Positions 6,560-14,664 of a stretch of DNA of 16,217 bases are shown here, piece after piece. The notes under the pieces were generated by a model. That model saw only the letters and a list, made by a program, of their open reading frames with translations. It did not search any database and had not been told where the DNA came from. Both the position numbers and the translations under genes were made by a program. The stretch is from Armatimonadota bacterium (GTDB taxonomy: Bacteria; Vulcanimicrobiota; JACPDS01; JBDRKI01). Position 1 is the first letter of the stretch. The number at the start of each line of letters is the position of its first letter. The DNA is taken from assembly GCA_043814095.1 (NCBI GenBank), contig JBDRKI010000053.1:1-16217 (forward strand), read 5' to 3'.

Positions 6560-8920
6560 TTATTCTCTGATACCCGCGTTTATCTTTTCTTTTAAACCTT
6601 TTATTATATTCTCAAGGGAAGTATTTATCTCTTCATCTTTTAAAGTCCTGTCTTCGGCCTGGAACCTGAGACTAAACGCAAGGGATTTACAATTCTGTTT
6701 TATCTGATCCCCTTTGTATTCGTCAAAACACCTTACCTGCGTAAGAATACCGCCGCCTGAGGCCTGTATAATTTTTTCAATATCGGCGCATTTTATATCA
6801 TCATATACCACTACCGCCAGATCCCTGTCAAGCGCGGGATAACGCGAGAACGGTTTGTATTTTTTATCCGTTTTTAGATTGAATATTTTATTCAAATCAA
6901 GCTCGGCTAAAAATATATCCCTGGTTATATCAAAATTCTCAAGCACCTGGGGATGCAGTTTGCCGAAATGACCTATAATGTTTCCTTTACAGTAAACATC
7001 GGCGTTTATGCCCGGATGAAATATTTTTGAATCCTTATTCTCTTTATATTCAAACTCAAGATTAAAACCTTTTAAAAGATTCTCGCATATGCCTTTTAAT
7101 TCAAAAAAATCCACATTTTTCTCTCCGGGTTGAGGACACAGCGCAATTGCAAAATGCCTGGTTGAAGAATCTTTTTTATAAATATGACTGACTTCAAATA
7201 TTTTAAGATCCTCATTCTTGTTTCTGAGATTATAGTCAATTACATTTACCAGAGACGGGGCAAGACTTGTTCTTACAAATCCCTGCTCGGCCGATAAAGG
7301 ATTAAGGATTTTAAGATGCTCTTCTTCTTTAAGATTGAACTTTTTTAAAATATCCGGATGCAGCATGGTATATGTGTTAACTTCCATAAGCGACTGCTTT
7401 TCTAAAGCTTCGCGCAGCTGGTTTTCAAATACAAGACCGGGGGCAAAATCGGCACATGCCTGCCTCCCGTATGGAAGGGTATAACCTATATTCTCATAAC
7501 CTGTTAACCTTGCCACTTCCTCAACAAGATCTATCTCTTCTTTAATGTCTTTCCTGCGCTGAGGCACTTCTATATTTAACTTATCGCCCTGCTTCTCAAT
7601 TGAAAAACCAAGATTAGAAAGAAGCCCGGCAAATTCTTCAACTTTAAGGTTTGAGCCTAAAACCGCGTTAAGTTTTTTAGGCCTTAAAGAAACTTTTACG
7701 GGTTTGGGGGCGGCAGAGGCGTCTTCTGAATGCCCCTTTGCAAGGTTGCCGCCTTCGCCCGATATCATATAAGCAGCCTGCCTTGATGCCTGCTCTACAT
7801 TATGATAATCAAGTCCTTTTTCAAACCTTTTCGCGCTCTCGGAAGGAAGTCCCAGTTTTATAGAAACGCGCCTTGTAATAACCGGATCAAATAAAGCAGC
7901 TTCTAAGAGCACGTTTTTTGTGCTTTCAGAAATTTCGCTGTCAATGCCTCCCATAACACCCGCAACGGCAATGGCATTTGAGTTATCACTTATAACCAGG
8001 GTATTTTCATCAAGTTTCAAGCAACTGCCGTCAATCGCGGTTAATTCTTCGCCTTTTTTTGCCCTTCTTATGATAACATCCCTGCCCTTTAGCTTATCCA
8101 GGTCAAACGCGTGAAGGGGATGACCCGTTTCCCACATAACATAGTTCGTGATATCAACTATATTGTTTACCGGCCTTATACCCACCGAACTTAACCTTAA
8201 CTGCATTTTTAAATCGGAAGACTTAATCCGGACATCTTTAATTATCCTTGCTATATACCTTGGACAGTCTTTGTAGTCCTGAATTTTTATATTAACAATC
8301 TGTGAACAGATATCCTGAGTTTCTGTTAAGTTAAATTCTTTTCTTTTCATTTTTTTGCCGAGCACGCAGGCCGCTTCATGCGCGATTCCTGCTACGGACA
8401 AACAATCCGGCCTGTTCGCAAAAGGCTCAATGATGAAAACCGGATCGGAAAGATTAAGATGTGAAACAAGATCAAGACCGGGAGCGTACCCCTCAGGCAA
8501 TATCATAACGCCTGTCTGCTGGTCCTCAGACAGGTCCTTAAGCTCTATCCCCAGCTCTTTTACCGAACACATCATACCGAAAGAATCAACACCGCGAAGG
8601 GAGGTTTTCTTTATCTTAATGCCTCCCGCAAGCTCGGCTCCAACAAGAGCCACGGGGACAGTGTCGCCTTTTTTCACATTGGAAGCGCCGGTAACTATCT
8701 GGACGGTTTCATTGCCCGCGTTAACCTGAGCGATTCTTAATTTATCGGCATCGGGATGCTTTTCAATTTTCTCTATTTTTCCCGCAAAAACATTTGAAAC
8801 TTTTTCCGGATATTCAATCTTATCAACCAGGATGCCGACACTGCAGAGCGAATCTGCAAGTTCTTCCGCGGTAATATCAATATCAACAAAGTCGCGAAGC
8901 CAGCTTAACGGTACTTTCAT
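6560..8920 (-). CDS. pheT: Phenylalanine-tRNA ligase beta subunit
   Basis: MKVPLSWLRDFV, HPDADKL, LRGVDSFGMMCS, NRPDCLS, NNIVDITNYVM, GHPLHAFD, RFEKG, EIDLVEEVAR, C-terminal SRYPALDRDLA...KSLAF. Confidence 0.99.
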   Translation of the reverse strand: MKVPLSWLRDFVDIDITAEELADSLCSVGILVDKIEYPEKVSNVFAGKIEKIEKHPDADKLRIAQVNAGNETVQIVTGASNVKKGDTVPVALVGAELAGGIKIKKTSLRGVDSFGMMCSVKELGIELKDLSEDQQTGVMILPEGYAPGLDLVSHLNLSDPVFIIEPFANRPDCLSVAGIAHEAACVLGKKMKRKEFNLTETQDICSQIVNIKIQDYKDCPRYIARIIKDVRIKSSDLKMQLRLSSVGIRPVNNIVDITNYVMWETGHPLHAFDLDKLKGRDVIIRRAKKGEELTAIDGSCLKLDENTLVISDNSNAIAVAGVMGGIDSEISESTKNVLLEAALFDPVITRRVSIKLGLPSESAKRFEKGLDYHNVEQASRQAAYMISGEGGNLAKGHSEDASAAPKPVKVSLRPKKLNAVLGSNLKVEEFAGLLSNLGFSIEKQGDKLNIEVPQRRKDIKEEIDLVEEVARLTGYENIGYTLPYGRQACADFAPGLVFENQLREALEKQSLMEVNTYTMLHPDILKKFNLKEEEHLKILNPLSAEQGFVRTSLAPSLVNVIDYNLRNKNEDLKIFEVSHIYKKDSSTRHFAIALCPQPGEKNVDFFELKGICENLLKGFNLEFEYKENKDSKIFHPGINADVYCKGNIIGHFGKLHPQVLENFDITRDIFLAELDLNKIFNLKTDKKYKPFSRYPALDRDLAVVVYDDIKCADIEKIIQASGGGILTQVRCFDEYKGDQIKQNCKSLAFSLRFQAEDRTLKDEEINTSLENIIKGLKEKINAGIRE

Positions 8921-8934
8921 AACTACCTCTCTTT

Positions 8935-9957
8935 TTATTTAAACTGTTCCAGAAATCTTTTATCATTCTCAAAAAACAACCTTATATCATCAATGCCGTA
9001 TTTTAACATTGCGATTCTTTCTATCCCCATACCGAACGCGAACCCCGTGTATTTCTCGGGATCATACCCCGCGTTTTTAAGAACTTTAGGATGGATCATA
9101 CCGCATCCTAAAATCTCAATCCAGCCGCTTTCTTTACAGAAACCGCACCCTTTCCCTTCACATTTAAAACAGTCTATATAGACTTCGGCGCTTGGCTCGG
9201 TAAACGGAAAATACCCGGGCAGAAATTTTGTCCGCCGGGCCTGTCCGAAAAGCTTCTGAGCAACCAGATTCAATACGCCTTTAAGATCGGCAAAAGTCAC
9301 GTTCTCATCAACCATAAAGCCTTCAAGCTGGTTAAACATCCATGAATGAGTGGCATCAACAGCGTCTCTGCGATAGCATCTCCCGTATGATATAACACGC
9401 AGGGGTGGCTTGTTTTTCTCCATAACCCTTATCTGAACAGGGGAAGTATGGCTTCTAAAAAGCAGTCCTTCTTTAACATAAAACGAATCCCACATATCTC
9501 TTGAGGGATGGTCAGAAGGTATATTCAAAGCCTCAAAGTTATAGTAATCTTCTTCGAGCTCCGGTCCGTCTTCAATGCTGAAACCCAGACCTATAAAAAT
9601 ACGGGCAAGCTCACGGGAAATAATAGTTAAGGGATGAGCCGAACCCGGGGAAACCGTACGTGCGGGAAATGTTATATCAACCGATTCTTTCTTTATCTTT
9701 TCATTTATCTGGTCCTTTACCAGGACATCTTTCTTCTCTTCTATAATCCCGGTTATTATATCCTTAACGGTATTGCATTTCTGGCCCAGTGCAGGCCTCT
9801 CTTCCGGAGAAGCTTTGCCGAGCGACTTTAAAAACTGCGTCAGAGCCCCCTTTTTTCCCAGATATTTAACTCTCGCGTTCTCAAGCTCTTCCAGACTGGC
9901 TATTTTATCTAATTCTTCCTTTGCCTGGTTTAACACCTTATCCAGTTCCTGCAGCAT
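8935..9957 (-). CDS. pheS: Phenylalanine-tRNA ligase alpha subunit
   Basis: YLGKKG, YNFEALNIPSDHPSRDMWDSFY, RSHTSPVQIR, YRRDAVDATH, YFPFTEPS, CFKCEGKGCGFCK, GFAFGMGIERIAMLKYG. Confidence 0.99.
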   Translation of the reverse strand: MLQELDKVLNQAKEELDKIASLEELENARVKYLGKKGALTQFLKSLGKASPEERPALGQKCNTVKDIITGIIEEKKDVLVKDQINEKIKKESVDITFPARTVSPGSAHPLTIISRELARIFIGLGFSIEDGPELEEDYYNFEALNIPSDHPSRDMWDSFYVKEGLLFRSHTSPVQIRVMEKNKPPLRVISYGRCYRRDAVDATHSWMFNQLEGFMVDENVTFADLKGVLNLVAQKLFGQARRTKFLPGYFPFTEPSAEVYIDCFKCEGKGCGFCKESGWIEILGCGMIHPKVLKNAGYDPEKYTGFAFGMGIERIAMLKYGIDDIRLFFENDKRFLEQFK

Positions 9958-9975
9958 AATTTGCTCCTTTTAGTT

Positions 9976-11271
9976 TTACTTTGCTTTCCCTTCTCCGCTG
10001 TCAATCAACTCTATCTTTATAATATCTATCCTGTTCCTGAACACTTTATCTACATATAATACAGCATCTTTTAATTGTACTTTCTCGCCCAGTTTGGGGA
10101 TTCTACCGAGTTTATTTATAATAAAACCGCCTATTGTCTGGTAATTCCCCTCCGGTATCTCTAAATTCAGCTTCTCGTTCATCTCATATATATCATACCT
10201 TGCGTCAACAAGATACGAACTACTGGATATTTTGTTAAAATACACTTCTTCTAAGTCATATTCATCCGCGATATCCCCCACTATCTCCTCTAATATCATC
10301 TCCATGGTAACAAGCCCTGCCGTGCCCCCGAATTCGTCAAGAAGTATAGCCATGCTGTTCTTGGTTTTCTGCAGGCCGGAAAAAAGCTTTATTACCTTCT
10401 GGCTAAAAGGCACAAAATAAGCATCCCTTTTAATCTGATCCGCCGTAATATCAAGTTTGCCTTCTTTTAAAGGAGTAAGCAGGTCTTTAGAATATACCAT
10501 TCCCACTATATTATCAAGATTTTTCTTATACACCGGCAGACGGGAATGGCCTGTCTTTTTAACCAGATCCGCTATGCTGGAAAGCGTCTGGTTAACCTCC
10601 ACACATTCCATTTCTACCCGGGGGATCATTATTTCTTTGGCCAGGGTATCGGCGAATTCAAAAACCCCGTGAAGTATCTCCTTTTCGTGAGGAGCCAAAA
10701 CGCCCTCTTTCTCTCCCACGTCTATTACCGTTTTTATTTCATCTTCCGTTAGATAATAAGGGTTGTATTTTATATCTTTACCGAACATCTTAACGATAAC
10801 CGTGGAAGCAAAGGCAAAGACGGATATAACCGGGTTCATTATCTTTATTATAATCTCCATGGGGCGCGCGACAAATAAAGAAACCCTCTCGGAAAAAAGC
10901 GCCGCAAGCGTTTTAGGGGTTATCTCCCCGAAAACAACTATTATTACGGTCATGGCAATCGTGGCTATAAATACGCCTTTGGGGCCGAAATGATTATAAG
11001 CAAGAGCAGTCCCTAAAGACGACGCGAAAATAATAAACAGATTTTCGGTGGTAAGGATTGTCCCGAATAATTTATCATGCCTTGATATTATTCTGTCAAC
11101 TGCGGCTGCTTTTTTATTTTTTCTTTCTATTAAATGCCTTATCTTAAGCTTGTTAACGCTCATTAAAGCCGCTTCCGAGCTGGAAAAAAACGCGACAAAC
11201 AGGATACTGAGCGCAATAAGGAAAAGTATCAATGTATCATTCTCCAGAACAACAGGTATTACAGCTTCCAA
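9976..11271 (-). CDS. CNNM/CorC (hemolysin/TlyC-family) protein: DUF21 TM domain, CBS pair, CorC_HlyC domain
   Basis: FFSSSEAALMS, VFGEITPKTLA, AKEIMIPRV, HSRLPVY, DEFGGTAGLVTMEMILEEIVGDIADEYD, YQTIGGFI...LGRIP. TTG start with SD GGAGG. Confidence 0.95.
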   Translation of the reverse strand: MEAVIPVVLENDTLILFLIALSILFVAFFSSSEAALMSVNKLKIRHLIERKNKKAAAVDRIISRHDKLFGTILTTENLFIIFASSLGTALAYNHFGPKGVFIATIAMTVIIVVFGEITPKTLAALFSERVSLFVARPMEIIIKIMNPVISVFAFASTVIVKMFGKDIKYNPYYLTEDEIKTVIDVGEKEGVLAPHEKEILHGVFEFADTLAKEIMIPRVEMECVEVNQTLSSIADLVKKTGHSRLPVYKKNLDNIVGMVYSKDLLTPLKEGKLDITADQIKRDAYFVPFSQKVIKLFSGLQKTKNSMAILLDEFGGTAGLVTMEMILEEIVGDIADEYDLEEVYFNKISSSSYLVDARYDIYEMNEKLNLEIPEGNYQTIGGFIINKLGRIPKLGEKVQLKDAVLYVDKVFRNRIDIIKIELIDSGEGKAK

Positions 11272-11307
11272 TATGCTTCCTCCGTTAAAAAACCTTAAAT
11301 TCCTTTT

Positions 11308-11336
11308 ATTCTATTAAGACTTTATTCTTTCCTTTT
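11308..11336 (-). promoter_or_regulatory. Sigma-H-like promoter upstream of the CNNM-pheST operon
   Basis: AAAAGGAAAG-aataaagtctta-ATAGAAT; AGGA 11333-11330, 18 nt, GAAT 11311-11308. Confidence 0.45.
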
Positions 11337-11345
11337 TGTTTATAA

Positions 11346-11397
11346 TATAAAAATTCCCCATCTAAGCTCTTGGGGGAAAAGCTTATCGGGGAATTTT
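11346..11397 (-). terminator. Long hairpin with T-tail: terminator after yqzL and/or a small RNA
   Basis: Minus strand AAAATTCCCC-ga-TAAGCTTTT-ccccc-AAGAGCTTA-gat-GGGGAATTTT followed by TATATT. Confidence 0.6.
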
Positions 11398-11404
11398 AAG
11401 ATAC

Positions 11405-11433
11405 ATTTCTATACCAAAATGAAAATTCCTTCT
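11405..11433 (-). promoter_or_regulatory. Sigma-H-like promoter immediately upstream of the 11346-11397 hairpin
   Basis: AGAAGGAATT-ttcattttggt-ATAGAAAT; AGGA 11430-11427, 17 nt, GAA 11409-11407. Confidence 0.5.
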
Positions 11434-11475
11434 TTTTGGATGCTTATTTTTTAATATATATAATTATCCTTTAAT

Positions 11476-11568
11476 CTAACTAGAAGACGCCTCTTCTTTG
11501 TAAAGCAAATATGCTAATGGCGAACCCGTGCTTTGAAAAATGTTCCAATAAAGTTCAGAGTTAGACAT
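11476..11568 (-). CDS. YqzL-like small protein (30 aa)
   Basis: MSNSELYWNIFQSTGSPLAYLLYKEEASSS fits the YqzL pattern W..F..TG....YLLYKE. SD AAGAGGT precedes the ATG at 11568, whereas the longer ORF start at 11682 has no well-spaced SD. Confidence 0.75.
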   Translation of the reverse strand: MSNSELYWNIFQSTGSPLAYLLYKEEASSS

Positions 11569-11595
11569 ATTTTCTACCTCTTTTAAATCATATTT

Positions 11596-11730
11596 AGTTT
11601 TGAAAGTACAAAAAACATCTCCATCCACCTTTATGTTGAAGTCTTTCAGCTCTTTTACTTTTAATTTAACTTCAGTTTTCATGGAGCTTGAGATGTTTCA
11701 CTCCCTTCGTTGGATAAGTTTTCAAAAACT
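11596..11730 (-). ncRNA. Candidate structured RNA / 5' leader of unknown family
   Basis: Four nested stems (see findings), beginning about 6 nt after a sigma70 -10 box. Confidence 0.5.
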
Positions 11731-11736
11731 TAGATT

Positions 11737-11765
11737 AGTATATCACAAAATTTTAAATTTTGCAA
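11737..11765 (-). promoter_or_regulatory. Sigma70/SigA promoter with extended -10
   Basis: TTGCAA (11765-11760), 17-bp spacer, TATACT (11742-11737), preceded by TGn. Confidence 0.7.
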
Positions 11766-11865
11766 GATAAATTACATAAAAAATCCCGTAATTACCGAAA
11801 ATATTTGCTTGTGATTTTTTTAATTTATAAACAACTCAGGTAGATGCGCTTTTAATTAAAAAAAC

Positions 11866-11898
11866 AAAAACCGCATGCCCTTGTGCTGTGCGGTTTTT
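11866..11898 (-). terminator. Intrinsic terminator after dnaK
   Basis: AAAAACCGCA (11866-11875) / TGCGGTTTTT (11889-11898) inverted repeat with a long T-rich tail on the minus strand; about 25 nt after the stop codon. Confidence 0.85.
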
Positions 11899-11923
11899 AT
11901 AAAATCATCCGAAATTTATCTTT

Positions 11924-13747
11924 TTATTTTTTAAACCAGTCCAGCACTTCATTGTCCGATATATTGGATATTTTTTCTTTATGAGAATCCTTTTTTGCGC
12001 CCTCTTTCTTCCTTGTTTCGTCATAAATTCTTGAAGTTACTGCGTAAACCCGGTCTTTTAATTTTCTGGTATGTGCTTCTATCTGATCTAAGTCATCCTT
12101 GGACATGAATTTTTTCAAACTCTCCAAAATTTCTTTGATCTGCGTAGAATCCTGAGATGGTATTTTTTCTCCCAGATCGTTTATGGCCTTTACGGCCAGG
12201 TCTATTTCTATCTGAGCTTTAACCTTTACGGTTTTCTGACCCTTAACCAGTTTGTCTTCAACAGCGTATTTCTCCGCTTCTTTAACCAGGCGATCTACTT
12301 CAAACTGCGTCAAATTGGTAGGAGTGTCTATCTTGATTTTTTGTTTATTCTTCGTTAAAAGATCCGTAGCGGAAACATTAACTATGCCGTTGGCGTCTAT
12401 CTCAAACCCCACTTCTATCTGGGGAACCCCTTTGGGCGCCGAAGGAATATTCTGGAGTTCAAAATACCCCAGTGTTTTATTATGCGAGGCAATCTCTCTT
12501 TCTCCCTGCAGAACATGTATTTTAACCGCGCTCTGTCCGTCAGCTACCGTAGTGAAAACCCTGCTGTTTTTACAGGGTATCTGGGTATTCCTTTCAATCA
12601 ATCGGGTAAATACCCCCCCGACGGTTTCTATCCCCAGAGACAGGGACGTTACATCAAGAAGCAGCAGGTCTTTGACTTCTCCGGATAAGACACCGGCTTG
12701 AATTGCCGCTCCCAGGGCGACCACTTTCTCCGGATCTACATCTCTGTAAGGTTCTTTTCCGAAGAGTTCTTTCGCTTTATATATTACAGCGGGCATCTGA
12801 GAAGCGCCGCCCACCATTATAATCTTATTAATCTGGCCGGATCTTAATTTAGCGTCTTCCATGGCCTTTTTTGCCGGCTCTTCGGTCATATCAACCAGGT
12901 CCTTAGTCAATGCGTTTAACTTATCTCTTGTAAGCAGCATATCCAGATGTTTAGGGCCCGACGCGTCGGAAGATATAAACGGCATATTAATTCTTGTCTC
13001 AAGCGCGGAAGACAGATCAATCTTAGCGGCTTCTGAGGCTTCTTTTATTCTCTGCATGGCTACGCGGTCGGTCTTAAGATCTATATTATGAAGTTTCTTA
13101 AATTCATCAACTATCCAGTTCATTACGCGCAGATCCCAGTCATCGCCTCCCAGCTTCATGTTTCCGCAGGTCGCTTTAACTTCAAAAACACCGCTTCCTA
13201 TCTCCAGTATGGAAACATCAAAAGTTCCGCCGCCGAGATCCCATACAAGAATAGTCTCAACTTTATCCAGCTTGTCAAATCCGTAAGCCATTGAAGACGC
13301 AGTAGGCTCATTTATAATCCTCACGACTTCCAGCCCGGCTATGGTGCCGGCATCTTTTGTTGCCTGGCGCTCGCTGTCATTAAAATAAGCGGGAACTGTA
13401 ATTACGGCTTTCTCAACCGGCTCTCCTAGATAGATTTCAGCGTCAGCCTTAATCTTCTGCAGGATCATAGCCGATATTTCCTGAGGAGTATATGTTTTCC
13501 CGTCTATCTCAACTTTATAATCAGTGCCCATATGTCTTTTAATGGATGATATTGTGCGTTCCGGGAAGCTCACCGCCTGACGCTTTGCCAAAGACCCCAC
13601 AAGCCGGTCTCCGTCTTTTGTAAAACCCACAACCGAAGGAAAAAGGTATTCCCCTTCCGAGCTCGGGATTATAACTGGCTTGCCGCTCTCCATCACCGCC
13701 ACAAGCGAGTTTGTCGTTCCTAAATCTATACCTATTAACCTGCTCAT
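11924..13747 (-). CDS. dnaK: Molecular chaperone DnaK (Hsp70), probably a divergent paralog
   Basis: IGIDLGTTNS, AVITVPAYFNDSERQATKDAG, RIINEPTA, DLGGGTFDVS, DLLLLDV linker, PQIEVGFEIDANGI; SD AGGAGG. Confidence 0.97.
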   Translation of the reverse strand: MSRLIGIDLGTTNSLVAVMESGKPVIIPSSEGEYLFPSVVGFTKDGDRLVGSLAKRQAVSFPERTISSIKRHMGTDYKVEIDGKTYTPQEISAMILQKIKADAEIYLGEPVEKAVITVPAYFNDSERQATKDAGTIAGLEVVRIINEPTASSMAYGFDKLDKVETILVWDLGGGTFDVSILEIGSGVFEVKATCGNMKLGGDDWDLRVMNWIVDEFKKLHNIDLKTDRVAMQRIKEASEAAKIDLSSALETRINMPFISSDASGPKHLDMLLTRDKLNALTKDLVDMTEEPAKKAMEDAKLRSGQINKIIMVGGASQMPAVIYKAKELFGKEPYRDVDPEKVVALGAAIQAGVLSGEVKDLLLLDVTSLSLGIETVGGVFTRLIERNTQIPCKNSRVFTTVADGQSAVKIHVLQGEREIASHNKTLGYFELQNIPSAPKGVPQIEVGFEIDANGIVNVSATDLLTKNKQKIKIDTPTNLTQFEVDRLVKEAEKYAVEDKLVKGQKTVKVKAQIEIDLAVKAINDLGEKIPSQDSTQIKEILESLKKFMSKDDLDQIEAHTRKLKDRVYAVTSRIYDETRKKEGAKKDSHKEKISNISDNEVLDWFKK

Positions 13748-13759
13748 CTTCTCTACCTC

Positions 13760-14527
13760 CTACTTTGCTACTTTAACCATCGCCGGTCTTATTAACTTGT
13801 CTTTATAAAAATAAGCTTGTCTTATCTCTTCTGTTATCCTGCCGGATTCAACCGAAGTATCTTCCACCTGCTGGACAATCTCCTGATGTTTAGGATCAAA
13901 TATCTGGCCGAGATAACTTACCGACTTTAAACCTTCGGTCTCTAAAACTTTTTTAAGCTGGTCATGGATCATTACAAAACCGTCACATACCTTCTGTATG
14001 TCATCCGTACTGTCTTTTGATTTTACCGCTAAGGTAAAATTATCCATAACGGAAAGCAGGATTAAAAACAGTTTCTTTTTCATGTTTTCCTGCATCTCCT
14101 GCCCCGTACGGGTTATCTTCCCTCTCAGCTCAACATACTCAGCCTTAAAATCTTCTATTTCTTTATTAAGCTTCTTAACAGACTCTTCTTTGCCTTCTAA
14201 TTCTGTTTTCAATGTTTTATTCTTTTCTTCAAGCCTGCCCGCATACTCTTTATCCTTTTTAGAAGAAGAATCTTTAACCTTATCTAAACTGCTCTGTAAA
14301 GAAAGGGCTATTATCCTGAAAAACTGAGCGATTGTTTTGTAATCACTGCTTTTGTCAAGCTTCTCAACCCTGCCTTTTAAATATTTTAAAGAATCATCCA
14401 AATCAACTAATTTATTAAGATCATCTATAAAAACCTTAATCTGCTCTTCGGTTTTTTTAGATTTTACCGCAGATTTTTTAACGGCTTTTGTTTTGTCTGC
14501 ATTATTCTTCTTTTTAACTTTTTCCAA
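13760..14527 (-). CDS. grpE: Nucleotide exchange factor GrpE with an N-terminal extension
   Basis: LLSVMDNF, GFVMIHDQLKKVLETEGL, GQIFDPKHQE, LIRPAMVKVAK; 12 bp upstream of dnaK; TTG start. Confidence 0.9.
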   Translation of the reverse strand: MEKVKKKNNADKTKAVKKSAVKSKKTEEQIKVFIDDLNKLVDLDDSLKYLKGRVEKLDKSSDYKTIAQFFRIIALSLQSSLDKVKDSSSKKDKEYAGRLEEKNKTLKTELEGKEESVKKLNKEIEDFKAEYVELRGKITRTGQEMQENMKKKLFLILLSVMDNFTLAVKSKDSTDDIQKVCDGFVMIHDQLKKVLETEGLKSVSYLGQIFDPKHQEIVQQVEDTSVESGRITEEIRQAYFYKDKLIRPAMVKVAK

Positions 14528-14569
14528 TTTGCCTGCCTCTTAAGTAGTATATAAATATGTAATCTCTTT

Positions 14570-14599
14570 TTTTCTATCTTTTATTTGTTTTTTCCTTCC
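14570..14599 (-). promoter_or_regulatory. Sigma-H-like promoter upstream of grpE
   Basis: GGAAGGAAAA-aacaaataaaag-ATAGAAAA; AGGA 14596-14593, 18 nt, GAA 14574-14572. Confidence 0.45.
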
Positions 14600-14664
14600 T
14601 AATATTAATTTAAATATTAATACCGCCTTTACGGCTTACCGGTTTAAAAAAAGGATATTGGGAT

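Noticed and set aside
6069..11317. Short plus-strand ORFs opposite cvpA, pheT, pheS and the CNNM gene
   Set aside because: They lie essentially within confidently assigned genes and have no independent support.
11569..11682. N-terminal 38 aa of the 68-aa ORF
   Set aside because: No well-spaced SD; family similarity begins at Met39; the region is better explained as structured RNA.
11620..11720. T-box (AGTA...AGAG-CTGA...TTC...AAGGTGG) or SAM-I (CTTATCCA...) interpretation of the leader
   Set aside because: No UGGNACC antiterminator or adjacent terminator, stem I too short, and two genes separate it from pheS. The SAM-I closing GATAAG and core motifs are absent.
12252..13294. Plus-strand ORFs opposite dnaK
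   Set aside because: Antisense open frames are a known artefact in dnaK genes; these are fragmented and unsupported.
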